A stretch of DNA of 64,000 bases from Trichosphaerium sp. ATCC 40318. Lineage: Eukaryota; Protista; Tubulinea. Position 1 is the first letter of the stretch; every line of letters begins with the position of its first letter. The translations under genes and the position numbers were made by a program. Below are positions 48,447 to 60,557 of the stretch, piece by piece. The stretch covers positions 78,108 to 142,107 of the forward strand of contig JALMLS010000122.1 of the NCBI GenBank assembly GCA_038496445.1, read 5' to 3'. A model generated the notes under the pieces. The model made no database searches and had not been told where the DNA came from. It saw only the letters and a program-made list of their open reading frames with translations.

Positions 48447-51400
48447 CTACACTTCACTACTTTCACCAGAATGCCTTTCATTATTACTAATAGGCATACT
48501 AGTGCTGTTATTATTGTGCTTCTTTTTAGGGGTCTTTAAAGACTTTTGAATGGCACTATGGCCATGATCATCACTATTTGTTTTATCGTTTGTTTTGCTA
48601 TCCGAAGATTCCTAAACAAAAAACATAAGTTGCCATCAAAATGTTACAACAAACAAAAGCAAAACTACTTAGATTAATACTAGAAAGCTGTTTCCATTTT
48701 CTTTCTATGGACTGAAAGTCAAAAATCCAAGGTGTTGTTACGCAACTCGGAATTGAAAATCAGGAAAAAAACGAAGTTAAGTTACCTTTGCCTTTCGTTT
48801 TAGTCGTCTTGGTGAGTCTTTTTGTACAGATTGACGAACGTTTTTTGACGTTGATCTAGATGAAGGAGAGCTACCTCTAGATGATTTACTACTTGGAGAC
48901 TTAGGTTTGGAGGACTTTGGAGATCTGTAACGATCACGATCATTGTCTAAGAAATAAAGAAATCAGCAATCATGACGTTAACTTATCACTCGGTTTAATG
49001 GCAATAATCTAGTTGAAATAACTTCTAAACTAACATCTGAATACCAAGAACACTCATGTGTGCATTGGAGTTATTTTTGTATCGAGTATGTAAACATATG
49101 ACAACCAACAAATGTTTCTTTAAACTGAAAAAAAAAGCACTGAAAACAATAAAGTTTGTGGTTGTTACCTCTGATGTTAAACCGTAAATCGCGACTAGAC
49201 CTTGGTCGTCTAGGTTCAGTACGTCTTGAAGCACTTGGCGATAGTTCTTGTGTTGAACGTCTTCGTGAAGCCTTCTTAGCATCAACAATCGAATCATCTG
49301 TATTTTTATCTTCAACAACATCGTCATCTTTCTTATTACTCATTAAAGCACTTGAACTCTGTGCACGTGGTAGCTTTGCTATATGGTGTATAGGCAGCGG
49401 TACACGTTTATTTGTATCTACAGATTCCTTTGATTCCTCTTTAGAAGCAGCAGACCGATTTTTTTTGATTTTTTTTCTGGGCGTAGAAGATCTTGGATGG
49501 TTTCGTTTTGGTTTTTTAACCACACGGCGAATTATACCAGGTGATACTTCTGTAAGCCCTAAAGACATACTATCTTCTTCTATACTGTGTGATGGAGGAG
49601 ATGCATCTGTTAACATTGGTATTCTAGGGCTTACACGACATTAACAAACTGAATACAAAAAAAACCGCATAAAACTCCAAGAATAGAAGTTACCTTGTAG
49701 TATTCGCTACTGTGCGAGTATTACGTACAGGTACAGATCTTCCTGTAGCACTACCAGTTGCGCTACTAAAAAACAGTATTAGTTAAGGTTAATAAAGGCC
49801 AGGACTCCTTGAAAAAAAGGATGAACAAACTCTTTGTCTTTTCCTTCGTACAAAGATTGTGCATCTGATTCAATTGTGGATGTATCAACAGAGACAGAAG
49901 AATCCGCTTCAAATCGTCTAGAAGAGAAAGAATCCATTACACTTGAGTAATAGGTAGCCTATTTCTTTGAGTCAGTTTTTGAAGAAAAGTAAAAAAAAAC
50001 ATCAAAATTACTGATTTAAGTTTCGGACAGTCTTGCACTTGCCTCATCTGAAGAATCATCAGGGGATCCCCACGATCTAGAATCCATTACGCTAGATGTA
50101 TATGATGCCTCATCAAATGAGTTTATATCATAACTAGAGCCTGAGGTGATTGTGTTTCTTCTTTTATGTTTTTTTCTCTTTCTTGGTTTTTTAACGTGTC
50201 TTTGGACTGTTATCGTATCATGTGCTCGTTTTATATCTACATCTATATTCGACATAAATAAAAGACACTATTTGGTAAATTGAAAACAACTTTAAGGTCA
50301 AACAGCATGTGAAAAAATAATTTCAGTGAAAAATTCTGGATTTGAAGTTTTCTAGTTTGTGTACCTTTTCCTTTGTCTTCAGGTGAGCTATACTGCTTCG
50401 GAGATGCAGGTCCAAGTATTTGCTGTCCATCTTGATCAATTTTAGCAATTTTGTAGACTGCGTTTCCGTCTTTAAACTTTGTTTCTCCGGTTAGCGTAAA
50501 TTGAACAGATTTCAGGTCTATAACACGTTGACATATACTAACAGCCTTCTTTCTATCATTCTCTAAGTATACATTACGAAGCATCCAATCTACGGCATCA
50601 GAACCTTGAAGAAAATGAGTGTGAGACGATTAATGTCGGTTGGTGTTTTTTTTTTCATTTGACTGCAAAAAAACCATCGCGATTAATCGCTTCCTGGGTA
50701 ACAGTTGATTATGACGTACCTGTGAATGCATGGTATGGTTGTTGTTGCTTTAATAGATACTTTCTATCCTTGAATTTGATACCTTCTTCACGAGAAAACA
50801 TCTTTGTCAGAAGAAATTGAAGATCTTCCTCTGGGATTTGTTTTATTGTCTTAGTAGATGTTTTTGATTTCTTCCTTGGTGGCTCTTGTTGATCGACTTG
50901 CATACACCTAAACAACATGAGCCTCAGAACGAACCAAGATTGTAAATTATAAGCGTGAACAGCAATTTTTTGATGCTGTCAACGACTGGAAAGATCATTG
51001 ACTCAGTTGGCATGTGTTGACATGTACAATGCAGTTTTTTGTAATTAACGATTTGATGTAGCGATTAATATGTTTTCTCAATACTGTACCTCTCAAATGC
51101 TGCTTGTAGATGTGTTTCAACAGCTCCGTGTATTTCATGGAACATGTCTGGAGGATAACGCCTGTATTTAGACATCTTCTTACTTTGGTTGTAACGCTCA
51201 ACGGTCTCCTGCCAACGTTCGTTCAGAAGCGGAAAGCGGTAATTCAATGAGTTTGTTTCAGAACTTGTAACATCGGTAGAAACCTTCTGCGCAGGATCTC
51301 TAACGCGTTGGAATTAATATTAGGTAACTACAGTTAATTTAACCTTATAACGCGTACGTAAACCGGGTATTATATATGTCAATTATGTAAGACAGCGTTT

Positions 51401-51560
51401 TCTTGCGTCTTTTGGGTTTAACTTCGTTTCTGTAAAACTCTGTGTCCAGCCAAAATAAAAACAGCCAGTCCTCATCAGTAGGTAATAAGGCCTTTCTAAA
51501 TCGTAAACTGCGCGACGGGTCAACAAGTAGGAATGACCTTATACCGACTGTTTTTTCCAT
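48447..51560 (-). CDS. RGS-like domain + DEP domain protein with long Ser/Arg/Lys-rich tail
   Basis: RGS-like: FRKAL...DEDWLFLFWLDTEFYR...IIDIY...PPDMFHEIHGAVETHLQAAFERY. DEP: GIKFKDRKYLLK...HAFT|GSDAVDWML...DRKKAVSICQRVID...FKDGNAVYKI. Low-complexity exons run to 48447. Confidence 0.75.
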
Positions 51561-51758
51561 ACATCACGCGGCGGTATTGTGAATGCGCCGAGGTGCAAGG
51601 AAATTACAGATGTGTGGAGTTATTACAATCACTAAACAATTGCGCTCAGTCCAACAGAGTCAAAACTTATTATCTGAGGCATCCTAACGTACGTTGAGTG
51701 TTATTACGTACTTCCAGTACACGTTAATAAACCTTATGTAACTATTTTAGTGTTAACA

Positions 51759-54700
51759 ATGTCGAACTTGCGTATTGTTGGCGTTGACGTTGGTGGTACA
51801 TTCACAGATATAATTTACGCCGAAATTGGCACTTCGAAAGTTCATACTCATAAAGTCCCTACCACGCCCCAAGATCCTTCGATTGGTGTGGTAACGTACG
51901 CTGTGTTTCATTTCTCGCTCTAGACATACCGTTTAAACCTTGCTTTTTTTGTACTCTAACCTTATTGTTATTAACCTCGCGAATTTAGCGGTATAAAGCA
52001 ATTATGTGAGCAAAACAATATTCCATTGAGTTCTATCTCCCATGTAATGCATGGTACAACTACAGCTACCAACGCTATATTGGAGCTTGACGGGTACGCT
52101 TGTACTGAATTGGGCGTTGAGAAGTTATTTTTAAGATATCTTCAACAAAAAGCCTAAATTAAACCTTTACACATTCAAATTGCGCCAACAACACTGTTTC
52201 CTTTCGCGTTTTAGTTGTAACTTTCGAAAAAATTGCTGCTTTTCTATCTACTTCTATGTAGTATCTATTTTCCTGCATCCTAACGCATGTACCTTAGGTG
52301 CCGTACTGGTATGATCACTAACGAAGGCTTTCGCGATATTCTACATATTGGTCGTCATCAACGGCCTCAACACTACTCTATTCAACAAGAAGTACCTTGG
52401 CATGACAAAATCCTAATTAAGAGGCGCTTTCGTAAAGTAGTAAAACAACGACGTGCGCCTCCTACAGGAGAAGTTCTTGTACCTCTTGATGAAGAAGGAG
52501 TAAGAAAGGCTGCGCGTGAACTAAAAGAACAAGGTGTAGAGGTAAACCAAAGACAGAATTCCTTTGTTTTTTGGTTTTTTGACTTTTTGTGCTTTTTAGG
52601 CTGTTGCTGTTTGTTTCTTGTTTTCGTACTTAGACCCTACGGATGAGATAAGAGCTGCTGAGATTGTTAAGGTGAGTATTGTATAAGAACAGTCCACAGA
52701 AACAGATAGATTTTGGTTTTTTTTTCTTTTTTTTTTAATTTCTTTTTCTGTTGCGGTTTTTTTACCTTGTTTGCAAGCTTAGCTTGTAAAAAATATTGTA
52801 CCATGTTTTAATATAAAATAGGAAGAATGCCCGGACATGTATGTTTGTTCTTCTGCCAATGTATCGCCAATGTTCCGCGAATTCGAGCGCTTCACTACCG
52901 CTGCAATGAACGCCTATGTTGGACCTCTAGTATCAAAATACGTAGATAACCTACGTGACACACTGAGAAATAGTGGTATCACAGGTGAATTGAGAGTAAT
53001 GACATCGAATGGTGGCATTGCCACACCACAAATGGTAAAAAAACTACTTTACTCCTTTGCCATTATTTATTTTCTCACGTGTTAAATTCCTTTTAAAGGT
53101 TCGTGCAAAACCTGTTCAAACAGTACTTTCTGGACCTGCCGGAGGTGTATTAGGAAGTGTTTGGATTGGAGAACACTGTGATAGACCAAACTTGATTACT
53201 TTTGATGTTGGTGGTACATCTGCTGATATTGGTATTATTAAAGACTTAAAATACGCTGAGGTACTGTATTTCAACTTTGTTTTTTGTTTTCAGCAAGCAA
53301 TGATATTCGTACGCTTATTTTTTTGATTTCTAGGCTTCTGCTCGTGATACTGAGATTGCAGGATTCCCTCTTATGATTACAATGATTGATATTCACACGA
53401 TTGGCGCTGGTGGTGGTTCTATTGCTTACAAGCACCAGAGCGGACAATTCAGAGTTGGTCCTCAGTAAGTTTACATTATTTCTATAGACTCTCTTGCCAA
53501 CAACTCTTTTAGATCAGCTGGATCAGTTCCAGGCCCTTCTTGTTATGGTAGAGGAGGAAAGAAGCCAACTGTAACAGATGCAAATGTAGTGTTGGGAAGG
53601 CTTGCACCAGAGAACTTCTTGGGAGGAAACATGACCCTTGATATTGCTGCAGCCAAAGCTTCTGTTGGCGGTTTAGCAAAGGAGATGGGTATCACACTTG
53701 AGGAATGTGCTTTAGGCATTCTTACGCTAGTAAACAGTAACATGGCGAATGCCATTAGGTACGATTAAGTGATTTCAAGCAAGTTGTTAACAGACTTCAT
53801 AAAAAAAGGTCCAAGACAGTACAGAAAGGTATAGATCCAAGAGAATTTTCTTTGGTTGCTTTTGGTGGTGCTGGACCTCTTTCTGGTGTTGAAGTTGCTG
53901 CAAAATTACAAATTCCAGAGGTTATCATTCCTACATACCCTGTACGTAGCTTACTTTTTATGTTTTTGTTCAACCATTCGTTTTCTGAGAAAATTGTTGG
54001 CATGTGACCCCTTTTTGATTTTCGTACTTGGAAATTATAGCGACACTCTAGTTTGGACTATCTACCACGACTGTGGACATTTTATTGATACTTTGGTTGT
54101 TGCTGTAAAGCACTTTTGTCTAATGTTTTTTTTTCTTGTTAGGGTATCACATCTGCTATGGGATTGCTTACAACAAACCTTAAATATGATTCTTGCCGTA
54201 CTGTTTTTGGAACAGAAGGTGGCATGAACTTTGATAAACTTAATGCTGATTATGAGGCAATGGAAAAGGAACTCAAAACACTTTTGGTAGCTGATGGAGT
54301 AAAGGATGATTGCAGTACGATAAATAAATACCACGTAAACTTTCTTAGAAATTGACTATCTGCTAGTAACATTCCACCGCGCTGGAGATTTGCGTTATGT
54401 TGGCCAAGGTTACGAGCTACGTGTTGCTGTACCTTCAGGAAAAATTGACGCAGAGTCCATCAAATGTGTACGTCAATTATTATCCTCGGTTGTCTTTTTG
54501 GTAACTTCTATTGTAGGTATGGAAAAAATTCTCAGAACAACATCTCGCTGATTATGGTCATATCCATGAAGAAAGCAATGTTGAGTTTGTCAATGCGCGT
54601 TTGGTAGCTATTGGTGACGTACCAAAAATACAAGAATTAGAGCCTTCTCAAGTATGTACAATCCTGCTACATATTTAGTAAAATTAACAACCAAAAAGGC

Positions 54701-57700
54701 ATCAAGTCAATTAAAAGACTCTGTCCTCAAGACTGCAAAAACAATCTTCAATGTTAATGGCATTGTAGAAGAGTTTGAAGTACGTAGTTTAGAACTAGCA
54801 CTACTAACATGTTCTCACACTATACTAGACAACATTCTATCAACGTGTGAAACTACCTGTTGGTGTAGATATCAAAGGACCTGCTATCATCTGTCAAAAA
54901 GACACAACCAGCGTCATTCCACCACTTTGTGTTTTCAATGTACGCTATCACTAGCTAATTTCTTCTTTGTTATATACTTTAATCTAACTACTATGAAGGT
55001 AGCTAAGGATGGAAGTATCATGATTAATACCAAAGAACTGTGTAAAGCTCTCGCTTCTTCAACAGACGTTACCAAGAATGGTTCGTTTTTTTCTTTTACA
55101 ATCAACCTTCTAAAAACAATTGCCTATTTAAGGTGCCATTGATCCAATTACTGCTGCTGTTATACAAGGTGAACTTGAGAATATTGCCATCGAGATGGGA
55201 TACAAGCTTATGCGTATGTCTTACTCAAGTATCATTCGGGAATCAGAAGATTTTGGTGCAGCTTTAGTATCAGCTGATGGTCACCAATTATGCGAATCAA
55301 AACAATCCACACCTCTTCAAGTATGCCTATCTCACGATTTATATATGTCACTCTAACGACATCACTTAGTGTGGACCTATTCCTGGTTACGTCAAGGGAA
55401 TGTTAAAGATTCTAAAAGAGCGTAAACAAGAGATCAAAGAAGGCGATGTTTTTGTACATAACGATCCTTACGCAGGTAACCACTGTCTCCACTTATTTGA
55501 ACCAACTCTTAACAACTGAACTAGGAGCTAGTCACTGCCCTGATGTTGGATTCCTTGTACCTGTGTTTTACGAAGGTGAAATAATTGGATACTCAGCAAC
55601 TACTGCTCATCATCTTGATATTGGTGTAAGCCTTTCATCGCGTTTTCTGTTACTTGTTTTATTTGTTATTAATTGTGATTTTGTTTTAGTCTTGTGCTCC
55701 TGGTTCTTGTGGTATTGTAGATGCTATTGATTCATACGCTGAAGGCCTCACACTTCGTGCTCTTAAAGTATATGATAAAGGCGTCAAAGTAGAACCAGTT
55801 TGGCAGTTTATGCGTGATAATATAAGAACATCAGATATGGTTGTAGGAGACATGGAAGTACGTCATTATGCTGGCACTAATTATTTTATACAAAACCCGA
55901 AAACAGCAAAAGTTTTATCAATTTTTTGAGAGCACGTTTTTTTTATTTTTGGATATTTTACATTTATTGCTTGTACAACCACGACAAGTATTTCTTTTAT
56001 AATATTCCTTGATGGTTGAGAACTAGTTAAAAATTATTTTCGAAAAGAAAGAAAATCCTCTTGTTGGTTGTTGTGTTCAAGTATTTACTGTCTTTATATT
56101 AGGCACAAGTAGCTGCAGCTAGAATTGGAGCAGAACGTTACATTAAACTCGTAACACGTTATGGTAAAGATGTTGTTAATTCAGCATATAAATACCTTCT
56201 TGTATCATCTGAGAAGCTTATGCGCGATGCTATTCGTAAACTGCCTGATGGTAAGGTCTTTATTGATAATTGTTTTTTTTGAACATCCCTTTGGTTGTGT
56301 TGCCCTTAACTTTGTTTTGTATAGGCGAATACAAAGCTACTACTTATCTTGATGGATACGAGTACATTGATAAACCAAATTACCATGATTTGCCTCTTTG
56401 TGTTACCATTACAATTAAAGGAGATGATATGGTACTTGTTGCTGTTTACCTTTCTTGGACATGTCCTTCTCGCTTTATTTTATTTTATTGTCGCCGTATT
56501 ACATACCTAGGACTAATATCAACAATATAGATTGTCGACCTCGAAGGCACAGCTGATCAGATTGATGACAAACCTATCAACATGCCTTTCCATGTACGCT
56601 TGCCTCGATATTTTAAGTTTTTCTTTCAATTTTGTTTATTGAGTTACAACAAAACCTTAATATGATTTATAGGGTACCGTTGATATAGCCATTTGGTTGA
56701 CTATAAGAAGTACACTTCTTGACTCTGATGTGTACGGATACATCCCACAGAACACTGGTTTATGTAAACCAATCCAAATTAAGGCTCCTTTGGGTACTTT
56801 AGTCATAACACTCGTAGCTTTGATTTCTGTTTTATTAATATACTCCCTGTAGGTTGTCTCGCAAACCCAAAGTTCCCAGCACCTACAATTGCTCGTTTTT
56901 GTCCAGGTATGAATGCGTTAAAGCAAGTGATAATTTTTGTTAATGTTTTCTCAAAGGAAATCAGCTTGCTGATACTGTTATGAAGGCTTTGGCCCAAGCA
57001 GCTCCTGAACAAGTTTCTGGTGGTATTGGTAACCTTAAAGTTATTTCTTTCGCTGGTATGAGACCTAACGAAAGCTCCCACTGGGTACACATGGAGATCT
57101 TTGAAGGCGCCTATGGCGGTAAGTATTGTCTACTGTTTGTTTCAAAACGTGAGAGCTTACTCAGTTTGATTAGGCCGTTTTGGACAAGATGGTATGGATG
57201 CCATTGATACTCTATATGCTAATACAAGAAACAATCCTATTGAGGATATTGGTACGTAATTTGAAGAAAAAGGTAAAAGATACTGTAAATTTACTTTTAC
57301 CTAGAATCTCATTTACCACTTCGTGTTATGCGTTATGAACTCAGAACTGACCATGTACCTGCTGGAAAATGGCGTGGTGGACTCGGAGCTATTAGAGAAG
57401 TTACCTACCTATGTGATCATGCTGGAGCTTCAGTTGAAGGCGAAGGTACAGTGATACCAACTTTTTAACTTTTTGTGCTAAAAACTTATTAGGTCACAAT
57501 CACGCACCTTGGGGTCTTGCAGGCGGTAGTGATGGCGCTACTGCGAAGCTAACTTTGCGTGCTGCTGATGGATCCACTGAAAAGATGCCTTCGAAGATGG
57601 TATGGATTCTAGAAACGAAAAACCGTTGTGGAACTAAGTTTCGTTTTTATAGGCATATAAATCAGCTGGTAAAGGAGATACATTTATTGTAACTGGTCCT

Positions 57701-57999
57701 GCTGGTGGTGGTTATGGTAACCCACTTGAACGTGATCCAGAGAAAGTATTAAGCGATTTCTTGGATGACTATATAACAGTTGAAACCGCGAAGAAGGACT
57801 ACTGTGTCATCATTGAAAAGGTAATAACAAAAAACCCAAAGCACTCCTCTAAAAAAGGAAAAACCAATTCACCTTAGAACTCCGGTTCTTTCGTTTTATT
57901 GTAATTAAAATACTCCGGAATCAATACTAAAATACACTGTAGGGTGCCGTTAATCATGATGCCACAAAAAAATTGCGTGCAGAGAGCACAAAAGCTTGA
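51759..57999 (+). CDS. ATP-dependent hydantoinase/oxoprolinase-family lactamase: in-frame fusion of bacterial-type A (HyuA-like) and B (HyuB-like) subunits, >20 introns
   Basis: A half: [80 protein letters not shown] half: DPIT...[59 protein letters not shown]. The halves join in frame across intron 55081-55132. Confidence 0.92.
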
Positions 58000-58895
58000 G
58001 AAAGAGGTAACAAAATAAACCAGAATTCTTCAAGTCAAAAAAAAAAGTTTTACTTCTTTCCTCAAGCACCCTTCACATATGGTACATTTTTAATTAATCT
58101 CTTATAATCGAGGGATATCTAAAAAATCTCTTGTTTTGGGTGAAAGTTTTAGTACGTGAACTATTTTCGACGTATCATGTGTTTGGAGCCATGCAGATAA
58201 CAGGATTCCCAAACAGGAGTTTCTTTTTTCTTGTTTAAGTACATTTCCACGTGTTTGGAGTTTATTTTTTTGTACGTTCTTTAGCAACTACTGCACTACT
58301 GTCCAATTTACGGAATTACTTTATGTACACCACCACAGCCGCCGCTACAAGGCGCCTTGTAGTTATCCACATTAGTGTCATTAATTTTACGAAAAAGTTC
58401 GAGTGTTTGTTTAACTGTTTTGCGTTTTGGCGTTTTCTTCGTGTATGAACGTACGTACTCTAATTTATTTACCTGTTTGGCTTTGTACATCACAAAGAGA
58501 GTAAATTAACAGTTTTTAAAACCCCAATACAGCGAGAAATTGTGTTCTTCCAGAAAAAAAATTAATGGATGTAAAGTAAATCACGTGTCTTCGTCTTAAA
58601 GGTGCTTCATACCTTGTTGTCTACCCGGAGTATTCTAGAATTATTTTCACTACATAATTTACTTACAATCTCCGCTTGTTACTGTGTCTTATTCTTGTCG
58701 ATAAAGTGTAAGCAATAAATCCATAAACAGTTCACAGTTTGGATTCAAGTGTTTTTTTGCGGTTTTTTTTTGTATTTTGTTTTTTTTCGTCTCAAGAAAA
58801 AAAAATCAATCAATTGATTCTCATTTTCGTCTCGTTTAAACAAGTATAGAACAACAGCAGAGGGTGAAAATAAGTACATTTATACTATTAAAACA

Positions 58896-60133
58896 ATGTT
58901 TGGGCGTATAGAAGAACATACAGTCGTAAGATCGGTCCATGAAGCACAGCTAGCACAGACCTTATCAGGGGATGAAGAAATGGAAGAATCATGTGCTCTA
59001 CCTCCTCCCGCACGTTTTATACAACGCAGTACTTTTCCTTTAGGCCAAATACGTCTATCTGAAAGCTATGGTGCTGTAACTGCTACTCTGGTATCACCTA
59101 GTGTTCAGGTACTTCGGTTTTTTTTTATTTTGCATGTAATTACTTTGCTTTTTGATTGGGGATATTAAATAATTTTCGAAAAACTCAACAGACCTTTATG
59201 AAATTTTTTTTTTTTCTTCCAACCGTTTCTTGAAGTTCTTTCTGAAATAGGATACCTCCACATGGATTTTTTTTTTTGATTTTTTTTTTAAGGCGCCTCC
59301 GAAAAAGTTACCTGAAAACCAAATATATTGTGATGAAGATAGCTGCGCTTTATGTATAAGGCGTAAAATTGCTGATAAGTATAAAGGTACGCGAGAAACG
59401 GATAAATTCTATTTTTTTTGTTGACGAAATAAATCTTTTTTTTTATGGTAATTCTAAGCCGCCATGATCGATTTTATCAAATCTTTTATACCTTTAACGC
59501 ATACTATAACGATATATCGATTCACACGCATATTGCTAAGGCGACCTCGATAAATATCAATCTCGGAAAAGAGTCTATTTGCTTTTTTTTTTTCTTTTTT
59601 TCAACAGCTTATTTGTTTGACTATCTGACCTCGCTAGATGATCACATTGACGCTGTTAAATGGCAACGCATGGTCAAAGCCGCTGCTGTTCATTACACAA
59701 AGAAGTTTGAACATAAATCTAAGTGGTCAGTAAGAAGAAAGAAAACAACTTTCTATCACGTTTAGCGCTTCCTTGAACTTATCTTTTTTGATTTTTAGGT
59801 CAATGTCCCTCAAATCACCACAAAAATGGAAAAAAGCGCATGTCAAACGTACAAGTAGACAGAGCTTAGTTAAACGTGGTATAACAAAGAAAAGAAAAGG
59901 ATTTGAATCACAATTTTTAGCTCACTTCACATTTCCTTTGGAAAATGGTACTCAACTCGAAGCTTTCTTTTTTTTCAAAAAAACAAACTTTAATCTTTGT
60001 CACGTGATTTATTTACCAACCACGTGTAGCATCAGTAAGAAAGCCTTCAGTTGGGAGCGAAAATAGATTATCAGCGTTTGTAAAAGTTCCTAGAGAAGCA
60101 GCAATACTAGCACAACTCGCAGACGGACATTAA
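58896..60133 (+). CDS. Hypothetical basic protein, 5 exons
   Basis: Exons join in frame from MFGRIEEH to ...LAQLADGH*; includes CDEDSCALC. No family recognised. Confidence 0.5.
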
Positions 60134-60557
60134 AAAAATAAGCGACAAAACACGGTTGGTTTATCATTTTTTTTTTCAAAACCAACAAAATACAGATCAC
60201 GCGCATCTGTTTAGGCCTTTTTGAGGCTATTTTTTGTATCTATATAAAGTTGCTACTACGTATTGTCAATTTACTGCAGATTTGAAGGTTGTTTAACGCT
60301 TTCAATTCACAATCATTGTAAACCCACTCTGTACGTCATTTCTACGCTGAGAGATTACTCTCGGTTGCTTTCTAAGCGGATAGCAAAGATTCGCACGGTT
60401 TTTTCTTAACCGTTTTCTACGCTCTTAAATAGAGTATGGATCCACTCGCACTTGTGTGAGATATGATAGAGCAGTACAATAGAAATGTGCTTGATTAAGT
60501 TTTGTGCTGTGGTCTCAGCTTTTATCAGAACATACTAACAGTACTACAATTACAGTG

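Noticed and set aside
51759-57999. Naming the gene OPLAH or caprolactamase
   Set aside because: It lacks eukaryotic OPLAH signatures, and substrate cannot be assigned from motifs alone.
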